64,000 nt of DNA from Haliotis cracherodii (lineage: Eukaryota): contig NW_027266341.1 of assembly GCF_022045235.1 (NCBI RefSeq), positions 33,356,001 to 33,420,000 on the forward strand. Reading direction: 5' to 3'. The translations under genes were made by a program, and so were the position numbers. The stretch's first letter is position 1, and the number at the start of each line of letters is the position of its first letter. Positions 14,801 through 26,093 of the stretch are shown one piece after another. The notes under the pieces were generated by a model. It saw nothing but the letters and a program-made list of their open reading frames with translations. It did no database searches and had not been told where the DNA came from.

Positions 14801-15352
14801 GACATGGCGGACACCCACAGACGCCCAACACATGCCCTGCCTGATTCTAAGTGTCCTTGTACTTGACATGGGGACACCCACAGACTCCCAACACATGCCC
14901 TGCCTGCTTCTAAGTGTCCTTGTACTTGACATGGCGGACACCCACAGACGCCCAACACATGCCCTGCCTGATTCTAAGTGTCCATGTACTTGACATGGGG
15001 ACACCCACAGACTCCCAACACATGCCCTGCCTGCTTCAAAGCGTCCTTGTACTTGACATGGCGGACACCCCCAGACGCCCAACGCATGCCCTGCCTGATT
15101 CTAAGTGTCCTTGTACTTGACATGGGGACACCCACAGACTCCCAACACATGCCCTGCCTGCTTCAAAGTGTCCTTGTACTTGACATGGCGGACACCCCCA
15201 GACGCCCAACGCATGCCCTGCCTGATTCTAAGTGTCCATGTACTTGACATGGGGACACCCACAGACGCCCAACACATGCCCTGCCTGCTTCAAAGTGTCC
15301 TTGTACTTGACATGGCGGACACCCACAGACGCCCAACGCATGCCCTGCCTGA
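11880..15352. repeat. 3.5-kb minisatellite, 63/64-bp unit with 128-bp dimers
   Basis: Unit gtccttgtacttgacatggggacacccacagactcccaacacatgccctgcctg(attct/cttca)aagt. Confidence 0.97.
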
Positions 15353-15841
15353 TAAGGAGGGTCATCCTATCGACCATGGTGTGTCTGATCCAAACCTCAA
15401 ACACTCCTCCGACTTTAGTCTTCCTGACTTTGTCATTAATCATTTATTACTTTGATGATAGTTTTGGAGCGTTCCTCCCCACATCGTTATTTAGTTTTCA
15501 ATGAGTAATTATAAATAGCAGCCTTTATGATCGCGAGAGGCTTTGTCTGTCTACAGCAAATAATTGTGCGTCAAATCATGCAAGCAGACTGGCGCTGCTG
15601 CAAGAATCAGAAAGTCTTGTGGCAGCGGAAATGAGGCAGCTGAACACATTGCAGGAACCATTCCCCATTTGATGTGGATGAGTTTAAAATTTTAGAAAAA
15701 AATTACATGAATATGACAACTAATTGAACCCATTCACTAACAACACACAAGTTAGTAAAGTGAAGACTTTTTGTTCTGCCTGTTTGAATGTCTCCCAGCT
15801 TGATCCTACAACTGCATAGTAATAGCATTAGTGCATGACTT

Positions 15842-16110
15842 GACCCATGAAGATCCGGGGTAGAATAGGTCTTCAGCAACCCATACTTGCCGTTAAAGGT
15901 GATTATGCTTGTCGTAAGAGGCAACTAACGGGATTGGGTGGTCTGGCTCGCTGACTTGGTTGATGCATGTCATCATATCCCAATTGCGTGAATCGATGCT
16001 CATGAAGTCAATCACTGGATTGTCTGGTTCAGATTTGATTGTTTACAGACCGCCGTCATATAGCTGGAATATTGCTGAGTGTGGCGATAAACATCAAACA
16101 AGCAAACAAG
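15842..16110 (+). mobile_element. SINE-like family C (no tRNA head, (AAAC)n tail), full-length copy
   Basis: gacccatgaagatccggggtagaataggtcttcagcaacccat...gctggaatattgctgagtgtggcg..aaac. More than ten related copies or fragments in the window. Confidence 0.85.
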
Positions 16111-16397
16111 CAAAAGTTGATTGGGATATGTATTTTCCTTTGTAGTCATGTGTACATACAGGTACTATTTTACACAGTTTATGCTCATCTCTACTTTGCG
16201 TGTGGCATTGAAGTTCAAAGAGAAAATTATGTTTCAACCATTGAAGGGGGCCTGCCATTGCTGTTGAAAATTATCATTTAATTGCACCTGTAATCAGGTA
16301 CCTGTGTTGCATTGAGGTGTTCTGGAACAGCACTAGACCACCATGCATATCTGTGATGAGGTTAACAGTTTGGTTGTGTTTCATGGTTGTATTGACA

Positions 16398-16465
16398 CTG
16401 TTTACGACATGATTTGCATTGTTTACGACATGATTTGCATTGTTTACGACATGATTTGCATTGTT
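16398..16465. repeat. 21-bp tandem repeat, three copies
   Basis: tgtttacgacatgatttgcat. Confidence 0.9.
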
Positions 16466-17089
16466 TACGACTTGATTTGCATTGTCCTAAATGTGACCTT
16501 ATATTCTTGAAATATACACAAATTCTAAATTTAAAACCAGAAATAATTATTTGTGTTGAAGGCAGCTGATGAAGTTGAATTTGTTTATGAAAGTCTGACA
16601 TTGGATGCGTGGATGACCTGTCAGATATGCCTATCAATAGTGGTGGTCTGTGGCATCAAAGGGGTTTCTTTCAACACTGAGTTAGTCATCAACTGTCTGC
16701 TGCTTCCGTCACTATAATTACTTTCAAGATAAGGACTTGTTTTAGAAGTTTGACCTAATGAAATGTAATGTTGCTATCAGATTTGAAATGAGATGGTTTT
16801 AATGTAATGCCAACGTGATGCCCTGGGGATAAGATTGATGAAACTGAGATTGGTTGCAGAAACACAAATGTACATGAACGCAGGAAATGAAATGAGAGAA
16901 GTTCCAAGCTAAACATGTCTTGAATTTGCAGGAGATAAATCTGAATAAGTAAACCATTTTAAATTGACATGTATTTGGATAGACATCTTCCAGGTTGAGG
17001 TGCATAAACATGCACTGGAAATACTTGACTTCTAATTTAATTAACAGATGAAGCAGAGGTTTGCTGTATTACCGGTCTACACTATGATT

Positions 17090-17358
17090 GGGTTGGTTGG
17101 TTTGTTGTTTAACGCCGCACTCAGCAATATTCCAGCTATGTGACGGCGGTCTGTAAATAATCGAGTCTGGACCAGACAATCCAGTGATGAATATCATGAG
17201 CATCGATCCACGCAATTGGGATCAATGACAAGCATCAACAAAGTCAGCGAACCTGACCACCCGATCCTGTTAGTCGCCTTTTACGACAAGCATAGTCGCC
17301 TTCTACGGCAAGCATGGGTTGCTGAAGACCTATTCTACCCTGGAATCTTCACAGGTCG
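17090..17358 (-). mobile_element. SINE-like family C, full-length copy
   Basis: Reverse complement of the family C consensus, including the duplicated tgcttgYcgtaRaaggcgacta unit. Confidence 0.85.
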
Positions 17359-17942
17359 TATTCATTTTGAAATACTAAAGACTCCAATACAATACATTTG
17401 AAAAACACAGGGGAGAATACAGCATTTTTCAAATATGCTTATTTGCATATGTTGGCAAAGTTTACTTAAGTCACAAGTCAAATGACTTTTACAGGAATTA
17501 GCAACAGTTTCTTGGAAACAAAAATGCGAAACTATACGTGGCCAGATTCCTGCATATAATGTGTCTGTTACTCGTGCGTTGTAACCATAGCAACATCAAA
17601 CAAAATGGTGGACGACAGTGAAGTTGACGAATGTGTAGGGGAAATTTTGGTTTTTGTTAAGGTTCATAACAAATTACAGCTGAAAGAACGCATGCAATAT
17701 ATTGTGGTACAGTAATTTGCAAGACAAATGTCGAGCCAATGCACTTCGCTAAGATAAAGTAGAACATGGATGCTGTTCTTGATGTTTTGCTCAAAGAATT
17801 CCTAGTTCCTTTCTGCTTTAGTCTCTTCATTTGTCTTCCATGGTAGTTGAAACTGCTTGCTTTACTGAGTCAGACTTTAAAGGTTAATAGTTGAGTCTTG
17901 AATAGATGTGTGTGTGGGTGTGTGGGTGGGTGTGGGTGTGTA

Positions 17943-18087
17943 GACCACCTCCGTGGGCTAGCACTATTAGTCAAGATTAGTACAAGCAGCCACACACACA
18001 CACATGCATTCACCTCGCTATATAAGTGCAATAATCTTGGACGTGACGGTAAATCCCATTTCACCTCACCTCACTTCACCTCACCTC
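17943..18087 (+). mobile_element. SINE family D deletion derivative
   Basis: Head gaccacctccgtgg is fused directly to gctagcacta, followed by (CA)n and the (CACCT)n tail. Confidence 0.65.
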
Positions 18088-18144
18088 TGATGTTCCTTGT
18101 CATATTTGGCATGCTACATTAGGTACTACCTAGGAACCATCATG

Positions 18145-18360
18145 ATGACCCGGCTTAGAATTGGGTCTTCAGCAACCCATGCTTGTCGTAAAAGGCTACT
18201 AACAGGATATGGTGGTCAGACTAAAGTGTCATCTTATCCCAATTGCTTAAATTGATGATCATAATGTCAATCACTGGTTTGTCTGGTTCAGACCACTATT
18301 TACAGACCGCCATGAAATAGCTGGAATATTGCTGAGTGCGGTGTTTAGCAACAAACAAAC
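18145..18360 (+). mobile_element. SINE-like family C copy (single hairpin unit)
   Basis: ggtcttcagcaacccatgcttgtcgtaaaagg...gctggaatattgctgagtgcgg..aaacaaac. Confidence 0.8.
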
Positions 18361-18470
18361 TGCATTAAGGTGGATAGTTAGCGAGTTACATAATATGCAG
18401 ACATATGATACTCTACAGAATGACTTCAACACCATGACTGATTTATTATAGAAATATGAAAGATCTGTTT

Positions 18471-18628
18471 ACTTATCCTGCATTACTCCATAATGCATTC
18501 ACTGCTTAAGGAGTAATGCAGGATAAGTATACAAATAATAAAAATATCTGGACATTACTGGATTTTTTAACTTATCCTGCATTACTCCTTAAAGCAGCGA
18601 ATGCATTAAGGAGTAATGCAGGATAAGT
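18471..18628. repeat. Pair of ~58-bp hairpins with mutually reverse-complementary loops
   Basis: The stem acttatcctgcattactcc/ggagtaatgcaggataagt occurs at 18471-18528 and again at 18570-18628. Confidence 0.9.
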
Positions 18629-19099
18629 ATAAAAATATCTAGATTGTACTAGTATTGGTTGTTCGGTAACTTGTGGGTAGTATATGCTGCACTAGATTAC
18701 TTCCGAATTATTTCAAGAGGTTTTTTTACAGACAACTGTGTGATACCACCCAAGGTTTGACACAGCTTTGATGAATAAGGAGTTTTCCCCAACTGACCCT
18801 GTAGCTCGACGTAGGCACCACAAATTCAAATGCCCCCTTTTTGATGAGAATGGGGCTAGTTGCCTCTTTAATTCCGTGGTAAGCAGGATGTGAGATGTTC
18901 AGGTATAAAGCGGAGTAATTACCTCACAGGTAAGTGAAAATGGTGGGGGGGGGGGGGGGGGTGCGGGGGTTTGGCGAACAGGCAGGGCTAATGACCTCAT
19001 TCAAAAAATAGAGGGGTATCACATACGTGTGCCATCTATGAAAGATTTAAGTACTTGAGGTTAATTATTGTTGAGTAGATGTTTGAGTAGTAACATGGG

Positions 19100-19660
19100 A
19101 TTATGTTTTTTGAAGATGACATGTATGTGTTGTAGACCGAGTGTTTTAGGATTAAGGGTTTTGAAGATCACATGTATGTGTTGTAGATCGAGTGTTTTAG
19201 GATTAAGGGTTTTGAAGATCACATGTATGTGTTGTAGACTGGATGTGTTAGGATTAAGGGTTTTGAAGATAGTGTCTATGTGTTGTAGACGGATGTGTTA
19301 GGATGAATGTGTTTGAAGATAGTGTGTATGTGTTGAAGACCGGATGTGTTAGGATGAATGTGTTTGAAGATAGTGTCTATGTGTTGTAGACTGGATGTGT
19401 TAGGATGAATGTGTTTGAAGATAGTGTGTATGTGTTGAAGACCGGATGTGTTTGGATTAAGGGTTTTGAAGATAGTGTGTATGTGTTGTAGACGGATGTG
19501 TTAGGATGAATGTGTTTGAAGATAGTGTGTATGTGTTGTAGACGGATGTGTTAGGATGAATGTGTTTGAAGATAGTGTGTATGTGTTGAAGACCGGATGT
19601 GTTTGGATTAAGGGTTTTGAAGGTGGTGTGTATGTGTTGTAGACTGGATGTTTTGGATAG
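19100..19660. repeat. Minisatellite, 50/51-bp unit
   Basis: gattaagggttttgaagat at 19150, 19201 and 19252. Confidence 0.92.
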
Positions 19661-20469
19661 TACCATATTAGGATTTTGCTTTTGAAGGTCTTGTGTGTGT
19701 GACATCCATGTCTTTGAGGTAACTTGACCACATGTTTATATTTGTGGCATGTGATTTCATTTCCAGCAAACTGTTATCACTGAGATGTTTGCAGATGTTG
19801 CCTCATTGGCTTTCGGCCATGTTGTCGGTCACCATACATTCCCTGATGGCGACTGTAAGAGAATACACAATGATGATACCATACTAGAAAGCACCAAGGG
19901 TCCGGTGTATTGTGTGTAACTATATGTATGGCTTGATGCTCACACTATTGACCACATGGTTGCTTGATTTCACGCAAGGCAAATGTCTGTTGCATGTAGT
20001 CATGTTGAATATGAACATCTACGGTGGTACAGTCACTCTGCTACCTACAGACATGCTGTTTTGCCAGCAGTGTAGACATCATCAATAAGAGCAAGCACCT
20101 GTGTTTTATTGAATGATGTTTGTATATCTACATTTTCCTTCCAAGCTTATTTACTATAATACAACGAGAGGGGTGCTGCCTCAGACTGGCCTTGAAGTGT
20201 GGCAGATGGTTCCTAGGTGTGTCTTTGCCAAACTAGTTCTGTTTGAGTGGAAGTATGAGGCACATCAGGTAGATTATTTGTAGTGGCATCTGATAGTCAC
20301 GTTATGCTAAAGATGCTTCATTCCGGTATCAGAACGATACACTCATCACACAGCTGTTGTATGCATATCTAGCATAACTAATGCTCGTAGGCGTGAAGAT
20401 GTCACCTATCGAAGCCAAGTTCAAGGTCATGATAATGTGGGCTAAGGCAGTTGTCTCTCTATTTGATGC

Positions 20470-21255
20470 TTGTCATGTTAAGGTGGGCCAAGGTTGTTGT
20501 CTGGTGTCTGTTTGATGCTCGTCATGTTAAGGTTAGGGTAGTCTCAGTCTACAGACAGATGTGCCAAGGTTGTTGTCTGATGTCTGTTCGATGCTCGTCA
20601 TGTTAAGGTCTGGGGTAGTTTCAGTCTACAGACAGATGTGCTGAGGTTGTAGTCCAATGTCTGTTTGATGCTCATCATGTTAAGGTCTAGGGTAGTTTCA
20701 GTCTACAGACAGATGTGCTGAGGTTGTAGTCCCATGTCTGTTTGATGCTCATCATGTTAAGGTCTAGGGTAGTTTCAGTCTACAGACAGATGTGCTGAGG
20801 TTGTAGTCCCATGTCTGTTTGATGCTCATCATGTTAAGGTCTAGGGTAGTTTCAGTCTACAGACAGATGTGCTGAGGTTGTAGTCCAATGTCTGTTTGAT
20901 GCTCGTCATGTTATGGTCTAGAATAGTTTCAATCTACAGACAGATGTGCTGAGGTTGTAGTCCAATGTCTGTTTGATGCTCGTCATGTTATGGTCTAGGG
21001 TAGTTTCAATCTACAGACAGATGTGCTGAGGTTGTAGTCCAATGTCTGTTTGATGCTCGTCATGTTATGGTCTAGAATAGTTTCAATCTACAGACAGATG
21101 TGCTGAGGTTGTTGTTCGATGTCTGTTTGATGACCGTCATGTTAATGTTAGGGTAATTTTAGTCTACAGACAGATGTGCTGAGGTTGTTGTTCGATGTCT
21201 GTTTGATGCTCGTCATGTTAAGGTTATAAGGTTAGGGTAGTTTCAGTCTACAGAC
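20470..21255. repeat. Minisatellite, 77-bp unit
   Basis: ctgaggttgtagtcc at 20641, 20718 and 20795. Confidence 0.93.
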
Positions 21256-22029
21256 CTGGCTATGTTATCAGGACATATGAGGCAGGAAGGAATGCATCTG
21301 TGAGTCACAGCATTCAGTATGTGGAAATCTGATTGGTGACATTGGGGTGCATCCCACATGTTGAATTCAGGCAGGGAAGGCTGCAGCTGTGATAAGCATT
21401 GATAGTGAGAACTGTGATGGGTTTCACATCACCAACATGTGTCAGCTGATTCAAGCGAACGTCTCGAGTGCTGCCGCCTCCGCCATGGAATGCAGGTGCA
21501 TTTGTGAATGGAGAACCATCGACTGACCTGCAGTTGGTGCCAGACTATGCCTTCTATGTATGTGGTTGACAGCGAGGCAAGACAGTTCTTTATTGGTTGC
21601 ATGCTTCTCTATTATTGCAAACCGTTTACAATCAGTTAAGATTGAAGACTTCTACCAGACTTGTCGTTTTATGATGTGCTGACTGCCTCCATGGTCTTGT
21701 GGATAAAGCCTCTGATACTAAAAGACATTAGAAGATGGTACTTGTTGTTACCCTGCCTGGCAACACTCACTCACTCACTCACACTTGAGTTTCAGAAGGT
21801 CTGTAAAGATAAGCCGTCATTGCATAGGAAACATAGTGAATTGATGGGGAAAGGAATGCTAATTAGAATTTCCATAAAGATAAACATAAAAATCCCTTCC
21901 ATGTTGATGTAAGGTCATGAGTACAACTGTGGAGGTTTGGAGGAGTGCGGAGACTAATTGTCCTCAGTGTCACCTCGTGAGTCTGGTCATTGTCCAGTCC
22001 TAAACACCATAGATGGTCCTTGTGATCTG

Positions 22030-23070
22030 GCCAGGACAGGGTTGACGTCACTCCTACACCTCACGGTGGTCAGACAAGGAGAGGTTTGACGTCACCCCCA
22101 CACCTCAGGTTGGTCAGACCGTGAGAGGGCTTGATGTCACCCCCACAACTTCAGGGTGGCCAGACCAGGAGAGGCTTGACGTCACCCCCACAACTTCAGG
22201 GTGGTCAGACCAGGAGAGGCTTGACGTCACCCCCACAACTTCAAGGTGGTCAGACCAGGAGACGCTTGACGTCACCCCCACAACTTCAGGGTGGTCAGAC
22301 CAGGAGAGGGTTGACGTCACCCCCACAACTTCAGGGTGGTCAAACCAGGAGAGGCTTGACGTCACCCCCACAACTTCAGGGTGGTCAGACCAGGAGAGGC
22401 TTGACATCACCCCCACAACTTCAGGGTGGTCAGACCAGGAGAGGCTTGATGTCACCCCCACAACTTCAGGGTGGTCAGACCAGGAGAGGGTTGACGTCAT
22501 CCCCACAACTTCAGGGTGGTCAGACCAGGAGAGGGTTGACGTCACCCCCACAACTTCAGGGTGGTCAGACCAGGAGAGGGTTGACGTCACCCCCACAACT
22601 TCAGGGTGGTCAGACCAGGAGAGGCTTGACGTCACCCCCACAACTTCAGGGTGGTCAGACCAGGAGAGGGTTGACGTCATCCCCACAACTTCAGGGTGGT
22701 CAGACCAGGAGAGGGTTGACGTCACCCCCACAACTTCAGGGTGGTCAGACCAGGAGAGGGTTGACGTCACCCCCACAACTTCAGGGTGGTCAGACCAGGA
22801 GAGGCTTGACGTCACCCCCACAACTTCAAGGTGGTCAGACCAAGAAAGGCTTGACGTCACCCCCACAACTTCAGGGTGGTCAGACGAGGAGAGGCTTGAC
22901 GTCACCCCGACAACTTCAAGGTGGTCAGACCAGGAGAGGCTTGACGTCACCCCCACAACTTCAGGGTGGTCAAACCAGGACAGGGTTGATGTCACCCCCA
23001 CACCTCAGGGTGGTCAGATCAGGACAGGGTTGACGTCACCACCACTACCTCAGGGTGGTCAGACCAGGAT
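22030..23070. repeat. Minisatellite, 45-bp unit with TGACGTCA; degenerate relatives continue to ~23840
   Basis: ttgacgtcacccccacaacttcagggtggtcagaccaggagagg(c/g). Confidence 0.96.
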
Positions 23071-24727
23071 AGGGGTCAACTTAAGGTGGTCTTGCTGGTT
23101 TCTCACCCCACCACCCACAGTGGTCTGGAGCTAACTCACCCCACCACACATTTGTGAACCACTGGAAGTTGGTTCACCCTCGCTACTTCATACTAGTCGC
23201 AGGGACAGGGGTGACCTCACCTCACCACCTCAGAGTTGCCTGACAATGTCAGAGCACCACCTCATCCCCACCCGGACCCCAAAAAAACCCATCACAGCCA
23301 GGGTGGATTGATGAGGTCAAAACATCAACTCACCCCATCACCTCAGGGGTGCCTGACAGGGTCAGAGCCACCTCATCTCCACCTAGACCCACCCCAACTC
23401 ACCCAAACACATCCAGGGTGGCTTGATGAGGTCAAAGCATCACCTCACCCCATCACGTCAGGGGTGCCTGACAGGGTCAGAGGCACCTCACCCCCACCTA
23501 GACCCACCCCAACCCACCCCAACACACCCAGGGTGACTTGATGAGGTCAGAGCCACCACACCCCCACCTAGACCCACCCCAACACACCCAGGGTGACTTG
23601 ATGAGGTCAGAGCCACCTCACCCCCATTACCCAGGCATGCCCGACAGGGACAGGGTGACCACGCCTATCCCATCCCCCACCCACCCAGGGTGGTTTGACA
23701 GAAAGTATCACCTCACCCCATCACCTCAGGGTGGTTTGACAAGGGTAGTGTGTCACCTCACCCCCATCCCATCCCCAACCCACCCAGGGTGGCTTGACAG
23801 AAAGAGTATCACCTCATTCCCTCACCCCAGGGTGGTCTAACATGGCCACTGAGAAGTGGACATATGGGAGGGTCACGATGTCCACTGGAATCCACAGTTG
23901 GCCTGAATCCTCACAACAACAATTAGTGCTTGTTTAATTGAAGTCATTGTTCCGCAGACACCTGTCTTTGGCCCCGGCTGCCTGAATCAGGTAGCATTTC
24001 TCCAGCTCCCTTACAGAATCAGTTTGTGCAAACTAGAGGGCAGGAGCGCGTGTCCCGGACGCGAACCTCCTCGGGGACAGATGGTCCCAGGAGCCGAACT
24101 GATGAAGCAACAGAAATTGCTTGTCGTCATTGTTGTTCCAGATTAATCCCTTTGTCTCCCCATGAACAAATGGTGTATCCCCCTGACCTGCTGACTCGAG
24201 GTCGCCACAGACACTCCATGGCTATATGCTCATCTTCTTCTTATGAAAGGTTTTAATTTTAGATTTACGGACAATCTAAACAAATAACAAGGGATGGCAA
24301 GTGATGCTTCGCTTCATTTAATTTGTTCCGGGTGTCCCGACAATAGGGGCGGCCTGCTTTTTGCCGGCCACAATTTGGACTTACATAACCCTCTTGATGA
24401 GGGGGGTAAAGTAAAGCAGGGCTGTGGGGTATTGTTGGGAGAAAGGACACAAGCTGCCCATGAGGTACTGGCTGGCCGGTGGAGGTCAGGGGTCACCGGT
24501 GTTAGGCTACGTTTGCTTAATCTTAAATTGACCATGTAATGAGGCTATTGGAGTTGAGGATGCACTCCAATTGACATTGGTTAAATGGAGAGAGTTTGGG
24601 ATGAAATGTAATGCACTGTAGATTTCTTTATGGTTAGTGATACAGCTCTTCAACCCTGTGTCAGTGTGTTCAGTCATAGCTTTACAGAATGTACTAATTA
24701 ATCCATTTGATGTGTACATTGCTACTT

Positions 24728-24890
24728 GGGGCTGTCAGGTAGCCTAGTGGTTAAAGCATTCACTTGTCACACGGAATACCTGGGTTCGATTCCCGACATG
24801 GGTACAATGAGTAAAGACCAATTCTGGTGTCCCCGACCATGATATTGCTGGAATATTGCTAAAGCGACGTAAAACAATACTCACTCACTT
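24728..24890 (+). mobile_element. SINE family B (short, tRNA-Asp-like head)
   Basis: A box TAGCCTAGTGG, tgtcac anticodon-like loop, B box GGTTCGATTCC, tail gatattgctggaatattgctaaagcgacgtaaaac(ACTC)n, TSD gctactt. Confidence 0.8.
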
Positions 24891-24942
24891 TATGGCTACT
24901 TAGTTTTATGAACACCCAATGCCATTTAGAAAGTGGTCAAAT

Positions 24943-25062
24943 GTAACAAATGTTATATTTGGGATAACACTTTCTTAGTAAAGTACAGATTCTCTTACCA
25001 AAAAACGTAAGAAAATCTGTACTTTACTTAGAAAGTTTTATCCCAAATATAACATTTGTTAC
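24943..25062. repeat. 120-bp hairpin
   Basis: gtaacaaatgttatatttgggataa..agtaaagtacagatt / aatctgtactttact..ttatcccaaatataacatttgttac. Confidence 0.85.
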
Positions 25063-25808
25063 TTAGTTTTATGTTTAAAAGTTAGTTGTTATGAAGTTAT
25101 GTTAACCTGACAGACCTGATGAAACTTGTTTGATGCTTTAGTTCAAAATAATACTTCTTCTAAATATAATAATGTCCAAATTTATGATGCACCAGATCCA
25201 CACCCCAGAGCATGCTTGAGGCGCTACATTACTACCCCGGTCAATGGATCAGTGTGGACTCAATTTGCATCAGACGCATCTGTCATAACGTTCCTATAGG
25301 TTCCACTTACAATGTGTTTGAATGGACTGTCAGTTCTTTGGCAAAAATAGTTGAGATTCACTCAGGCTCCCCGACCCCTCATTACAACCCCTTAAAATAG
25401 GTCCTCAACACCCTATGCTGGTTGTAAGAGGACAATGGATTGGGTGACTTGGTTGATTGATTTAAACAAATTTTGTTCACAAAAAGTGAACCTTAGGAAC
25501 CTTAGGACACCTGATCCTATGACATTGTAATCTGACTGCGTGGATTGTTGTATACAGTATCAATCACTGCATTGTCTGGTCCAGACTCAGTTATTTACAG
25601 GCTGATGTCTATAGTTGGAATATTGCTGAGTGTGGCTTTAAACAACAAACAAGCCTTTCAATACATGCTAGACCATCATCGCATCCCAATTACATAGATC
25701 GATGCTCATGACTGACTAAAACACTAACTGTGTGATAGGTAATAGACCATATAATAGACCATTTGGGGCAATAGGATTATAGCAAACAGCAACTCTTTCA
25801 TCAGAGGG

Positions 25809-26093
25809 GGGCACAGGTGGCCCAGGTGACCCAGTCGTCTAAGGCGCAGTGATTCGCTGTCCAGAGTTGCGTCCCTTGGGCACGCCAGAAACCTATGATT
25901 GTTGGTTCAAATCCCGGTTTGCCCCGATTATGTTTCTAGGTTTGTCAGCACCATACCCGTGCTCATGGGTTCCACCGAAGTGGTACACGTCTGAGACCTG
26001 AATCACTTTGGGCTTTCTTCCTCATTAAGTTGACACGTCGCTATATAACTGGATTACTGTTAAAAGCGGAGTTAAACCCAACTCACTCACTCA
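25809..26093 (+). mobile_element. SINE family A copy
   Basis: Same head, body and (ACTC)n tail. TSD ctttcat(c/t)agaggg on both sides. Confidence 0.85.

Noticed and set aside
6088-15455. Many long repetitive ORFs in the 27- and 63-bp arrays
   Set aside because: They are open on both strands and in shifting frames; indel variants (25, 64 bp) break frames freely. By-product of tandem repetition.
18946-18961. Poly-G run
   Set aside because: Simple homopolymer with no associated structure.
22114-23134. 295-337 aa repeat ORFs (mucin-like DVTPTTSGWSDQER)
   Set aside because: Three frames are open at once in a stop-poor 45-bp unit; no splice or start context.
24728-24800. tRNA-like sequences (also at 52935, 28792 and 33158)
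   Set aside because: Broken cloverleafs continuing into SINE bodies, most with TSDs; not tRNA genes.
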